DNA of 38,657 nucleotides from Barnesiella intestinihominis (GTDB lineage Bacteria; Verrucomicrobiota; Kiritimatiellia; RFP12; UBA1067): NCBI GenBank assembly GCA_963612485.1, contig CAVDWI010000002.1, positions 1 to 38,657 of the forward strand, read 5' to 3'. Shown piece by piece: positions 6,846 to 14,207 of this stretch (position 1 is its first letter; each line of letters starts with the position of its first letter). The notes under the pieces were generated by a model. It saw only the letters and a program-made list of their open reading frames with translations, ran no database searches and was not told where the DNA came from. The position numbers and the translations under genes were made by a program.

Positions 6846-8663
6846 ATGCGCGGCGAAAGCTTCAGGTTTTGGATTCCTGTCGCCTTGCTTTTCGCTTTTT
6901 CGGCCTATACGAGCCAGAAGCTGATCCGTGCGCACGTAGACCCGAACGTCGCCTCGCTCAACTATTCGATTAAAATCGAACTCCCCGGACGGCGCGGTTC
7001 GATCTACGACGCATTCGGGAAGTCATGCCCGCTGGCGAAGTCGGTGCCCGTGTGGGAATACCGCCTCGACCCGCTTTCGCTGACGAACCGCATCGTGCGC
7101 CGAAAGGGCGAACCGCCGCGTCCGCCCGAGGCCATCTGCAAGACGATTGCGACGTCGCTCAAAATCGACTATAAGAAGGTTCTCAAGATGATGCGCGGCG
7201 AAAAGCGCCCGGGTTGGCGCGACCAGTATCTCGCCACGTCCTCCGACCCTGACGCCTACCGAACGCTTTCGGACTCGAAACTCGTGGCGGGGGTCAAGAT
7301 TGAGAACCGGCAGGTTCGGCAGTATCTTCACAAGCGCAGTCTCTCCCACGTGCTGGGCTCGGTGAACGCGCAGGGCGTCGGGTCGGCGGGCATCGAGCAG
7401 AAATACGACAAGTTCCTGTCGGGTGTGCCGGGGAAAGTCCTTGGTATGCGCGATGCCCTCGGACGGGAGCTCTACGACAAGCGGATCGTCTCGATCGATC
7501 CGATACCGGGGGCGGACATCTACCTGACGATTGACCACAACATCCAATACGAGGCCGAGACCGCGCTGGCGGACGGGATGAAGGAGTTCGGCGCGGCGGC
7601 GGGGTGGTGCCTGGTCATGGATTCCCGCACGGGGGCGGTTCTGGCGTTGGCCTCCTATCCCGACTTCGACCCCATCCGATTCGGGACGGCCTCGGACGCG
7701 GCGAAAATCAACCGCGTCTGCAACTTCACCTACGAACCGGGTTCGGTGATGAAGGTGATTACCGCCGCCGCCGGAATCGACGCGGGGCTGGTGGGCCCGG
7801 ACTCCCTCTACTCGACCAATCGGGACGACGATCGCTACTACCGTCTGCCGGGGGACGGACGGCACGTCTGGGAGCCGCGCATGAGCGTTCGGGACGCAAT
7901 CGTCCACTCCTCCAATATCGTCATCGGCAAGTTGGGTTCGGACTTGGGCCCGAAGCGGCTCTGGGGCTACATGAAGGCGTTCGGGTTCGGGTCGCGCACG
8001 GGAATCGAACTGCCGGGCGAGGAAACGGGCATCCTTCCCCATTACGCGAAGTGGGACCGCGTGAAGTGGTCGCGTGCGCCAATCGGGCAGGGCGTCGCCG
8101 TCACGGCCATCCAGCTGGCGTCGGCCTATCAGGCGATTGCGAACGATGGCTTGCGGATGCGCCCCTACATCGTGAAAAAGGTCGTCTCACCCAATGGGGT
8201 TGAACTAGTCCACAACGAACCGGAGGCAATTGGCCGCCCGATTACGGCGGCGACGGCGCGGAAGATGCGCGAACTGATGGTGGGCGTGGCATCGCCGAAT
8301 GGTACGGCACGGCGGGCGGCGATTCGCGGCTACTCGGTCGCGGGGAAGACGGGGACGGCGCAGAAGGTCGTCAACCGCCGTTATTCGGACAGCCTGTTCT
8401 ACGCGACGTTCTGCGGGATGATCCCAGCTTCAGAGCCGCGAATCGTCGTGCTGGTGACGCTCGACTTCGAGGAACGCCGCCGCTTCCACCAGGGCGGCAA
8501 TTCCGCCGCGCCCATCTTCCGCCGGCTTTCCACGGCGGCTCTGCGCTACCTGATGATTCCACCAGACCGCCCCGAAGAACTCACCGAATTCGGGGATGAA
8601 GACGAATTTGACCGTATCATGAGCGAGCGGGCACAAAAATATGATATAATATCCGAACAGTAG
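6846..8663 (+). CDS. ftsI: Peptidoglycan D,D-transpeptidase (class B PBP)
   Basis: N-terminal TM plus SxxK (GSVMK), SxN (SSN) and KTG (KTGT) motifs in the correct order. dcw position. GTG at 6843 is an alternative start. Confidence 0.9.
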   Translation: MRGESFRFWIPVALLFAFSAYTSQKLIRAHVDPNVASLNYSIKIELPGRRGSIYDAFGKSCPLAKSVPVWEYRLDPLSLTNRIVRRKGEPPRPPEAICKTIATSLKIDYKKVLKMMRGEKRPGWRDQYLATSSDPDAYRTLSDSKLVAGVKIENRQVRQYLHKRSLSHVLGSVNAQGVGSAGIEQKYDKFLSGVPGKVLGMRDALGRELYDKRIVSIDPIPGADIYLTIDHNIQYEAETALADGMKEFGAAAGWCLVMDSRTGAVLALASYPDFDPIRFGTASDAAKINRVCNFTYEPGSVMKVITAAAGIDAGLVGPDSLYSTNRDDDRYYRLPGDGRHVWEPRMSVRDAIVHSSNIVIGKLGSDLGPKRLWGYMKAFGFGSRTGIELPGEETGILPHYAKWDRVKWSRAPIGQGVAVTAIQLASAYQAIANDGLRMRPYIVKKVVSPNGVELVHNEPEAIGRPITAATARKMRELMVGVASPNGTARRAAIRGYSVAGKTGTAQKVVNRRYSDSLFYATFCGMIPASEPRIVVLVTLDFEERRRFHQGGNSAAPIFRRLSTAALRYLMIPPDRPEELTEFGDEDEFDRIMSERAQKYDIISEQ

Positions 8664-8665
8664 AC

Positions 8666-8742
8666 GCGACTGTAGCTCAATTGGATAGAGCGTTGGCCTC
8701 CGAAGCCGAAGGTTGCTGGTTCGATCCCAGTCAGTCGCACCA
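8666..8742 (+). tRNA. tRNA-Arg (anticodon CCG), CCA encoded
   Basis: Cloverleaf drawn by hand. Acceptor GCGACTG/CAGTCGC, D arm GCTC..GAGC, anticodon stem TTGGC/GCCGA with loop CTCCGAA, T arm GCTGG-TTCGATC-CCAGT, then discriminator A and CCA. Starts 2 nt after the ftsI stop. Confidence 0.9.
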
Positions 8743-8774
8743 AACCATCCCCCGCCAAGCCCATTTCAGGGATA

Positions 8775-8783
8775 TGGTATAAT
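8775..8783 (+). promoter_or_regulatory. Extended -10 element TGGTATAAT upstream of the flippase gene
   Basis: Exact TGGTATAAT, 22 nt upstream of the ATG at 8806. Confidence 0.55.
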
Positions 8784-8805
8784 AGGAACAGTCGTATAGT
8801 CGTCT

Positions 8806-10368
8806 ATGTCGCCGAATCGTCGAATAGTCCTGAATATCATCGCCACCTACGGGCGGTCGGTGTTCGCACTCGCGTGCGGACTCTTCTCCGCACGGTGGGT
8901 GCTGGAGGCGCTCGGACAGGAGGATTTCGGGCTCTATGGCGTCGTCGGCGGGCTCGCCGGATTCATCTGCATCATCAACGGACTTCTCGCGACGGCGGTT
9001 TCCCGCTTCTATGCCGTGAGCGTGGGCGCGGCAAATGCGGCGACGGATAAGACGTCCGCCCTCAACGACTGCCGCGCATGGTTCTCGACGGCGGTTCTGA
9101 TCCATACGGTCATCCCATGCCTGCTGATGCTGATCGGCGAGCCCATCGGCGAATACGGAATCCGTGCGGGCTGGATTGTCGTGCCACCCGATCGGCTGGG
9201 GGTTTGTCTGTGGGTGTTCCGTTTCGAGTGTCTCGCGTGCCTTGTGGGCATGATGAGCGTTCCGTTCAATGCGATGTATGCGGCGAAGCAATACATCGCC
9301 GAATTGACGCTCTACGGTTTTGCTACAACCACGTTCAACCTTTGTTTCGTCTACTACATGGTAACGCATCCGGGCGTGTGGCTCGCGAAGTATGCCGCGT
9401 GGATGTCGGCTCTCTGCATCCTTCCCACGCTGATCATCGCCGTCCGCGCCCGCCTCATGTTCCCTGAATGTCGCCTAATGAGGAAAGAAATGCTCAATTG
9501 GACGCGCATTCGCCAACTCGCCTCCTTCGCGGGCTGGCAAGCCTTCGGAGGCTTTGGATGCTTGGCACGCTCTCAGGGCATCGCCATTCTCCTCAATCGC
9601 CACACCGAATTTGGCACGGCGCGTAATTCCTCCATGACCATCGCGAACCAGGTCGCCTCTCATACGGACACTCTTTCGAATGCCATGGTCGGGGCCTTCC
9701 AGCCCGCAATCGCGAACGCCTACGGAGCGAAGGACTTCGCGCGGATGCGCTCCCTCGCCTACCGCGCCTGTTCCTTCGGCACATTTCTTTCGGCGATTTT
9801 CGTTTTGCCGCTCGCCCTTGAATTGCCCACCGTTCTTAATATCTGGCTGAAGGAGCCGCCCGCCTACGCGGCAGGACTCTGCTGGAGCATTCTCGCCATG
9901 CATATCATCGACCGCACGGCGGTCGGACATATGCTCGCCGTCAATGCCACGGGCAAAATCGCGCTTTATCAGGCCTTTCTCGGAGGCTCCCTTATCATGA
10001 CGCTTCCCATCGCCTGGCTCTTTATACATCTTCACTGGGGCATCTATGCGGTGGGCTGGGCAATGATTCTCACAATGATGTTCTGCGCGTGGGGACGCGT
10101 CTGGTTCGCCCGCACGATTGCAGGGCTCTCCGCGTGGTACTGGATGAAGAAGATTCTCCTCCCTCTCGCGGCACTGTTCGCGCTCACGCTTGCGGTGGGA
10201 TATTTGCCGCGTTTCGTGCTTAAGCCGAGCCTTATGCGCGTTGCAATCACGACGGCACTCTGCGAGACCGTTCTCGTGGGACTCTCATGGAAGTTCCTGC
10301 TCGATGAACATATGAAGTCCGTCCTCCTCCAGAAGCTGCGTCCGTGGAAAGCGAGGTTCTCTAAATGA
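8806..10368 (+). CDS. Polysaccharide/oligosaccharide flippase (MOP superfamily, Wzx-like)
   Basis: 520 aa with about 12-14 hydrophobic segments. The N-terminal pattern (NIIATYGRSVF..L....ARWVLEALGQEDFGLYGVVGG) is typical of polysaccharide biosynthesis / Wzx proteins. Confidence 0.6.
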   Translation: MSPNRRIVLNIIATYGRSVFALACGLFSARWVLEALGQEDFGLYGVVGGLAGFICIINGLLATAVSRFYAVSVGAANAATDKTSALNDCRAWFSTAVLIHTVIPCLLMLIGEPIGEYGIRAGWIVVPPDRLGVCLWVFRFECLACLVGMMSVPFNAMYAAKQYIAELTLYGFATTTFNLCFVYYMVTHPGVWLAKYAAWMSALCILPTLIIAVRARLMFPECRLMRKEMLNWTRIRQLASFAGWQAFGGFGCLARSQGIAILLNRHTEFGTARNSSMTIANQVASHTDTLSNAMVGAFQPAIANAYGAKDFARMRSLAYRACSFGTFLSAIFVLPLALELPTVLNIWLKEPPAYAAGLCWSILAMHIIDRTAVGHMLAVNATGKIALYQAFLGGSLIMTLPIAWLFIHLHWGIYAVGWAMILTMMFCAWGRVWFARTIAGLSAWYWMKKILLPLAALFALTLAVGYLPRFVLKPSLMRVAITTALCETVLVGLSWKFLLDEHMKSVLLQKLRPWKARFSK

Positions 10369-11537
10369 TTGAGTTAGCCTCCAAAGCCCTCTGTTCCGGA
10401 TGCGCCGCGTGTCGCGCCGTCTGCCCGAAGTCCGCCATCTCGATGGTCGCGGACTCCGAGGGCTTCCTCTATCCGCAGATTGACGAGACGCGGTGCGTCT
10501 CGTGCGGGAAATGCCGCACGGCGTGTCCGTCGCTCAACCGCCTGCCGCCCCGCGAACCGCGTGCCGTCTATGCGGCAATCGCCAAGGATGCGGAATTGCG
10601 GATGGCAAGTTCCTCGGGAGGCATATTCTCGCTTCTGGCGCGGCAAGTCATCGCCAAGGGCGGCATCGTCTTTGGTGCGGCGTGGGACTATACGGACTAT
10701 TCGGTGAAGATAATCGCCGCGCACAACGAAGAAGAACTTGGCGAACTGCGCGGCAGCAAATATGTCCAGGCGAATGTGGGCGACGTCTATTTCCAAGTAT
10801 TGGACGCACTCAAGAAGGGTATCCCCGTCCTCTATTCGGGCACGCCCTGCCAAATTGGCGCGCTAAACCGGTATTTAGGCAAGAAATACGACAATTTGCT
10901 CACGGTCGACCTCATCTGCCACGGAGTCCCCTCGCCGATGGCGTTTCGGAAATACGCCGCCGCGCGCGAGCGTGCGGCGAATTCCATGATCACGCGAATC
11001 TTTTCCAGAAGCAAGAATTGCTCCTGGAAAAGATACGCAATCTCATTGTCGTTTCACGACAATGAGATTGCGTATCTAAAGTCATTGGATGAAGATCCGT
11101 TCCTGCGGGGCTTCCTGTCCGAACTCTACAACCGCCCGGCGTGCCATCAGTGCGCCGTCCGTGAACTGCGCTCGGGGGCGGACCTGACGATTGCGGACTA
11201 CTGGGGCATTGAGCATCGTTTCCCTGAAATGGACGACGATAAAGGCACTTCTGTCGTCCTCGTGAACACGGAGAATGGTGAGGCGGCGTTCGCGGCGATT
11301 AGGGACTTGTGCCGTGTCGCGGCAAGCGACTTCGCGGACATCCGGCGAAACAATCCGTCTATTATGTCCCGCACATTCCCACCCCACCGCCACCGCGCCA
11401 AGTTCTTCGCGGAAATCGGCAAGACGGACGACTTTGATGCCCTCGTCATCCGCCTCTTGCGTCCCACGCTCTATCAGCGCATCCGCCGTCTCGCTGGCTA
11501 CGTCCTGCGTAAACTTCATTTGAGGAGAAGTGTATGA
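10365..11537 (+). CDS. FrhB-like Fe-S protein (coenzyme F420 hydrogenase/dehydrogenase beta-subunit family) of polysaccharide-modification loci
   Basis: N-terminal 2x[4Fe-4S] ferredoxin motifs (CSGCAACRAVCP, CVSCGKCRTACP) followed by the FrhB-like body (YSGTPCQIGAL, DLICHGVPSP). ATGA overlap with the flippase stop. Confidence 0.75.
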   Translation: MIELASKALCSGCAACRAVCPKSAISMVADSEGFLYPQIDETRCVSCGKCRTACPSLNRLPPREPRAVYAAIAKDAELRMASSSGGIFSLLARQVIAKGGIVFGAAWDYTDYSVKIIAAHNEEELGELRGSKYVQANVGDVYFQVLDALKKGIPVLYSGTPCQIGALNRYLGKKYDNLLTVDLICHGVPSPMAFRKYAAARERAANSMITRIFSRSKNCSWKRYAISLSFHDNEIAYLKSLDEDPFLRGFLSELYNRPACHQCAVRELRSGADLTIADYWGIEHRFPEMDDDKGTSVVLVNTENGEAAFAAIRDLCRVAASDFADIRRNNPSIMSRTFPPHRHRAKFFAEIGKTDDFDALVIRLLRPTLYQRIRRLAGYVLRKLHLRRSV

Positions 11538-11565
11538 TAAATAACTTATCAACATTTGGCCTTTC

Positions 11566-11574
11566 TGGTATAGT
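11566..11574 (+). promoter_or_regulatory. Extended -10-like element TGGTATAGT ahead of the DUF3791/DUF3990 triad
   Basis: TGGTATAGT lies in a locally AT-rich stretch. An in-frame ATG at 11582 follows after 7 nt, the same geometry as other putative leaderless genes here. Confidence 0.45.
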
Positions 11575-11581
11575 AGGCGAT

Positions 11582-11848
11582 ATGACTCAACGGTCACACA
11601 CATTGTCTGTTCCGGACAGGATGCGTGACGAACGCGATTATCGGCGTGTTCGCCTCGCGGTTGCGGCAATTGAGCGGGGCGCAAGGATCATGGGCATCAG
11701 CGGTCGTGAAATGCACGACCGGCTGAAGGCTCAGGGCCTTGTCCGCTCTTATCTGCTTGATGGCTATGAGCCGCTTCATTCGCAAAGCTTTGAGTATGTC
11801 GCCGACACCACGGTCGAGGCACTTCGCAATTGGGAGAGCTGCCGGTGA
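11582..11848 (+). CDS. DUF3791-like small helical protein
   Basis: The segment IERGARIMGISGREMHDRLKAQGLVRSYLLDGYEPLHSQSFEYVADTTVEALRN matches the recalled DUF3791 pattern (..Y....gis..ev......G....i...Y..LHt.s.eyiv.di). Start is uncertain: ATG 11534 (SD AGGAG, ATGA overlap with upstream gene), ATG 11582 (leaderless) or ATG 11621. Confidence 0.65.
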   Translation: MTQRSHTLSVPDRMRDERDYRRVRLAVAAIERGARIMGISGREMHDRLKAQGLVRSYLLDGYEPLHSQSFEYVADTTVEALRNWESCR

Positions 11849-12345
11849 TTGTGTTTCATGGTTCATACATGGCCGTTGACCGTCCGATGGTCGAGCAGGG
11901 ACGATTGCGGGTGGACTTCGGACGCGGGTTCTATCTGACGGAACTTCGTGAACAGGCCGCGATATGAGCGGTGGCGGTTTCGCGGCGACATCGGGGCGGG
12001 ATGCCGGTTCTGAACGTGTTTGATCTTGACCTGGAACGCGCCCTCGCCTTGGCTGGTTCGCGGCAGAGGAGATTTGCCGCGTATGACCTGGACTGGCTGG
12101 ACTATGTCGTGGACTGCCGTTGCGGGGGACATTTGCAGACGCAATATGACATTGTGGAGGGTGGTGTTGCGAACGACAATGTCATTGATACGGTCGAGCT
12201 TTACGAGAGTGGTGTCATTACGGCGGAACAGGCTCTCGGACTACTGGCACACAAGAGAGTCAATCACCAGATGGCCATTCTGAGCCAGCGAATCGTTGAC
12301 GGATGCCTATGCTTTCTCGGAAGCGAGGAGGTGCGGAATGCGTGA
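11845..12345 (+). pseudogene. DUF3990-family gene interrupted by one in-frame TGA (11965-11967)
   Basis: GTG at 11845 (GTGA overlap with the upstream stop) reads VIVFHGSYMAVDRPMVEQGRLRVDFGRGFYLTELREQAAI-TGA-AVAVSRRHRGGMPVLNVFDLD... The frame is the same on both sides of the stop. HGS, DFGxGFYLT, QA..W, DW.DYV and YDIV.G.VA(N/D)D match the recalled DUF3990 consensus. The TGA sits where that consensus has Trp. Confidence 0.7.
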
Positions 12346-12565
12346 CGACGTGTTGGAGCGCAAGATTGCGAGGATCATCATGGATGTCGCCAAAGCGTTG
12401 GACGTTTCTGAAGAGCGTGCGCTTGACTTGTTCTATTCGACAGACACATATCGTCAGTTGGTGGACGGCTCAACGGGACTTCAGCTGATGAGCGATGGCT
12501 ACATCCTTGAGGACGCCCTCGCAGAAATGGCAGAACCGTTTTTAGTGGAGATTCCAACCGCCTGA
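12338..12565 (+). CDS. Small helical protein, DUF3791-like paralogue (third gene of the triad)
   Basis: 75 aa. SD GAGGAGG at 12326-12332. The ATG overlaps the end of the DUF3990 frame (ATGCGTGA). Its first 11 nt, ATGCGTGACGA, are identical to those at the 11621 ATG. Pattern ..A..L.VSEE.AL.LFY.S.TY..L.D..T.L...S..YI.E.L..E. Confidence 0.6.
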   Translation: MRDDVLERKIARIIMDVAKALDVSEERALDLFYSTDTYRQLVDGSTGLQLMSDGYILEDALAEMAEPFLVEIPTA

Positions 12566-12652
12566 GCCTCATTTAACTCCGATGGTTGGGGCTCTCGCGG
12601 CCTTCGGCTCGGAGTTTCATACGCCGCTTCGGGCGAAGTCTCCACTAAAAAC
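12538..12652. repeat. 14-bp perfect inverted repeat enclosing a hairpin-rich intergenic segment
   Basis: GTTTTTAGTGGAGA (12538-12551) and TCTCCACTAAAAAC (12639-12652). Inside: CCAACC/GGTTGG (12554-12559 / 12584-12589), AACTCCGA/TCGGAGTT (12575-12582 / 12609-12616), and two C(TTCG)G tetraloop hairpins (about 12598-12608 and 12622-12635). Confidence 0.7.
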
Positions 12653-12697
12653 TCCGAAGAACCGGTTCGCCTTCCGCACGGCTGGCCGTTGTTGCAT

Positions 12698-14098
12698 TCA
12701 GTCGAAGGTGAAGGTCTGACCCGGCGAGGGGGCGTTCACCTTCGGAATGCCGCGTTCCGTCAGGATCTCCGCCATGGCGGCGACCTTCTCGGGCTCGCCG
12801 TGGACGGCGAAGGCGTGGCGCACGTTGTCCTTCACTTCGTCAATCCACTCGGTGAGTCCCCGGCGGTCGGCGTGTGCCGAGAGGGCGTTGACCACTTCGA
12901 CGCGGGCGTTGAGCGGCACTTCCTCACCGAGAATCTTGAGCGTCTCGCGGCGCTCGACGATGCGGCGGCCGAGGGTATTTTCCGCCTGGAAGCCGCAGAT
13001 GAGGATGATGTTGTCGGGGTCGGGGGCGGCGTGGCGCAGGTGGTGCAACACGCGTCCGCCCTCGCACATGCCGCTCGCGGCGATGATGATCATCGGGCCG
13101 GGCGCGTCGTTCAACGCCATGGATTCCTCGGGCGAGCCGACGAAGCGCATGCCGGGGAACTCGAGCGGGTCTTCCCCGGCGGCGAGAATGGCGCGCGCCT
13201 CCTCGTTGTAGACCTCGCGGTGCTTGGCGTAGATGCGCGTCGCCTTCTGGGAGAGGGGCGAGTCGATGTAGAGCTTTACCTCACGCGGCACCTTGTTCCT
13301 CGCGCGAAGCCTGTTGAGGTAGTAGATGATCTGCTGGGTGCGCCCGACGGAAAAGGCGGGCACGATGAGTTTCGAGTTGTGGCGGTCGATGAACTTCAGG
13401 TAGTTCTCGAGCCGCAACTCGACGTCATCCGCCGACGGATGGAAGCGGTCGGCGTAAGTCGATTCGATGAGCAGGATGTCCGCACCCGTGGGATACTCGA
13501 AGTGCCGCAGAATCGGCTGGTCGGGCTGACCGAGGTCGCCGGAGAAGAGAATGCGGTGGTTGTGACCGTGCCGGGAGCGGATGTCGAGTTGGGTGAGCGC
13601 CGAGCCGAGGATGTGACCTGCATTGAAGAACTCGAGCGTGATGCCAGGCGCAATTTCACGCGGCTCGTGCAGGTGCGTCGGCACGAAGAGCTGCATTAGT
13701 GCATCGATGTCGCGTTCATCGTAGAGCGGCTCGAAGAGGTGCTTGCCGTCGCGCTTGCGCTTCTTGTTGACGTACTCGAGGTCGCGCTTCTGCAGAAAGC
13801 ACGAGTCGCGAAGCATCACGTCGGCGAGCTCCGTCGTCGATTGCCGTGCGAAGACACGCCCTCGGAAGCCCTGCCGCACGAGCTGGGGCAGGTTGCCCGA
13901 GTGGTCGATGTGGGCGTGGGAGAGGATGACATAGTCGATTGTCTTCGGATCGACCGGGATGTGGCGGTTCTTTTCGAACGCCTCCTTGCGATGGCCCTGA
14001 TAGAGCCCGCAGTCGAGAAGAATGCGCTTCCCGTTCGCTTCGACGAGATGCATCGACCCCGTCGTGGTCTGTGCCGCACCGTAGAACGTGATTTTCAT
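12698..14098 (-). CDS. MBL-fold beta-CASP family RNA-metabolising hydrolase (RNase J/CPSF-like)
   Basis: MKITFYGAAQTTTGS..LLDCG, then HAHIDHSG (HxHxDH). Downstream beta-CASP-like and C-terminal H motifs (LSAHAD). 466 aa from the ATG at 14098. Confidence 0.8.
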   Translation of the reverse strand: MKITFYGAAQTTTGSMHLVEANGKRILLDCGLYQGHRKEAFEKNRHIPVDPKTIDYVILSHAHIDHSGNLPQLVRQGFRGRVFARQSTTELADVMLRDSCFLQKRDLEYVNKKRKRDGKHLFEPLYDERDIDALMQLFVPTHLHEPREIAPGITLEFFNAGHILGSALTQLDIRSRHGHNHRILFSGDLGQPDQPILRHFEYPTGADILLIESTYADRFHPSADDVELRLENYLKFIDRHNSKLIVPAFSVGRTQQIIYYLNRLRARNKVPREVKLYIDSPLSQKATRIYAKHREVYNEEARAILAAGEDPLEFPGMRFVGSPEESMALNDAPGPMIIIAASGMCEGGRVLHHLRHAAPDPDNIILICGFQAENTLGRRIVERRETLKILGEEVPLNARVEVVNALSAHADRRGLTEWIDEVKDNVRHAFAVHGEPEKVAAMAEILTERGIPKVNAPSPGQTFTFD

Positions 14099-14106
14099 AT
14101 GCCTGT

Positions 14107-14115
14107 ATTGTACCA
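14107..14115 (-). promoter_or_regulatory. Extended -10 element TGGTACAAT (minus strand) for the beta-CASP RNase
   Basis: Plus strand ATTGTACCA. The ATG at 14098 follows after 8 nt. Confidence 0.5.
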
Positions 14116-14189
14116 ATTCTGCCGTTTCTTGTAAAGGCGCAGGACTCTCTTGTTTTGCGGCATTCCCTTTGCACGGGCGGGCGGGAAAA

Positions 14190-14198
14190 TGGTATAAT
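14190..14198 (+). promoter_or_regulatory. Extended -10 element TGGTATAAT for the RNase II/R gene
   Basis: Exact TGGTATAAT. The ATG at 14208 follows after 9 nt. Confidence 0.55.
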
Positions 14199-14207
14199 GC
14201 GCGGCAG

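Noticed and set aside
11965-11967. Genome-wide TGA reassignment (code 4 or 25) or selenocysteine at the in-frame TGA of the DUF3990 gene.
   Set aside because: TGA terminates several well-delimited neighbouring genes (rsmH, the FtsL-like gene, the DUF3791-like gene, the second hsp20, the FrhB-like gene). The position corresponds to Trp rather than Cys in the recalled family pattern. I see no convincing SECIS-like hairpin immediately downstream.
8743-12700. A bona fide tRNA-integrated genomic island with att repeats.
   Set aside because: There is no integrase or recombinase gene. I could not find a direct repeat of the tRNA-Arg 3' end by eye at the far boundary, and the composition is only mildly lower in GC. 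It is reported only as a possibility under the dcw truncation finding.
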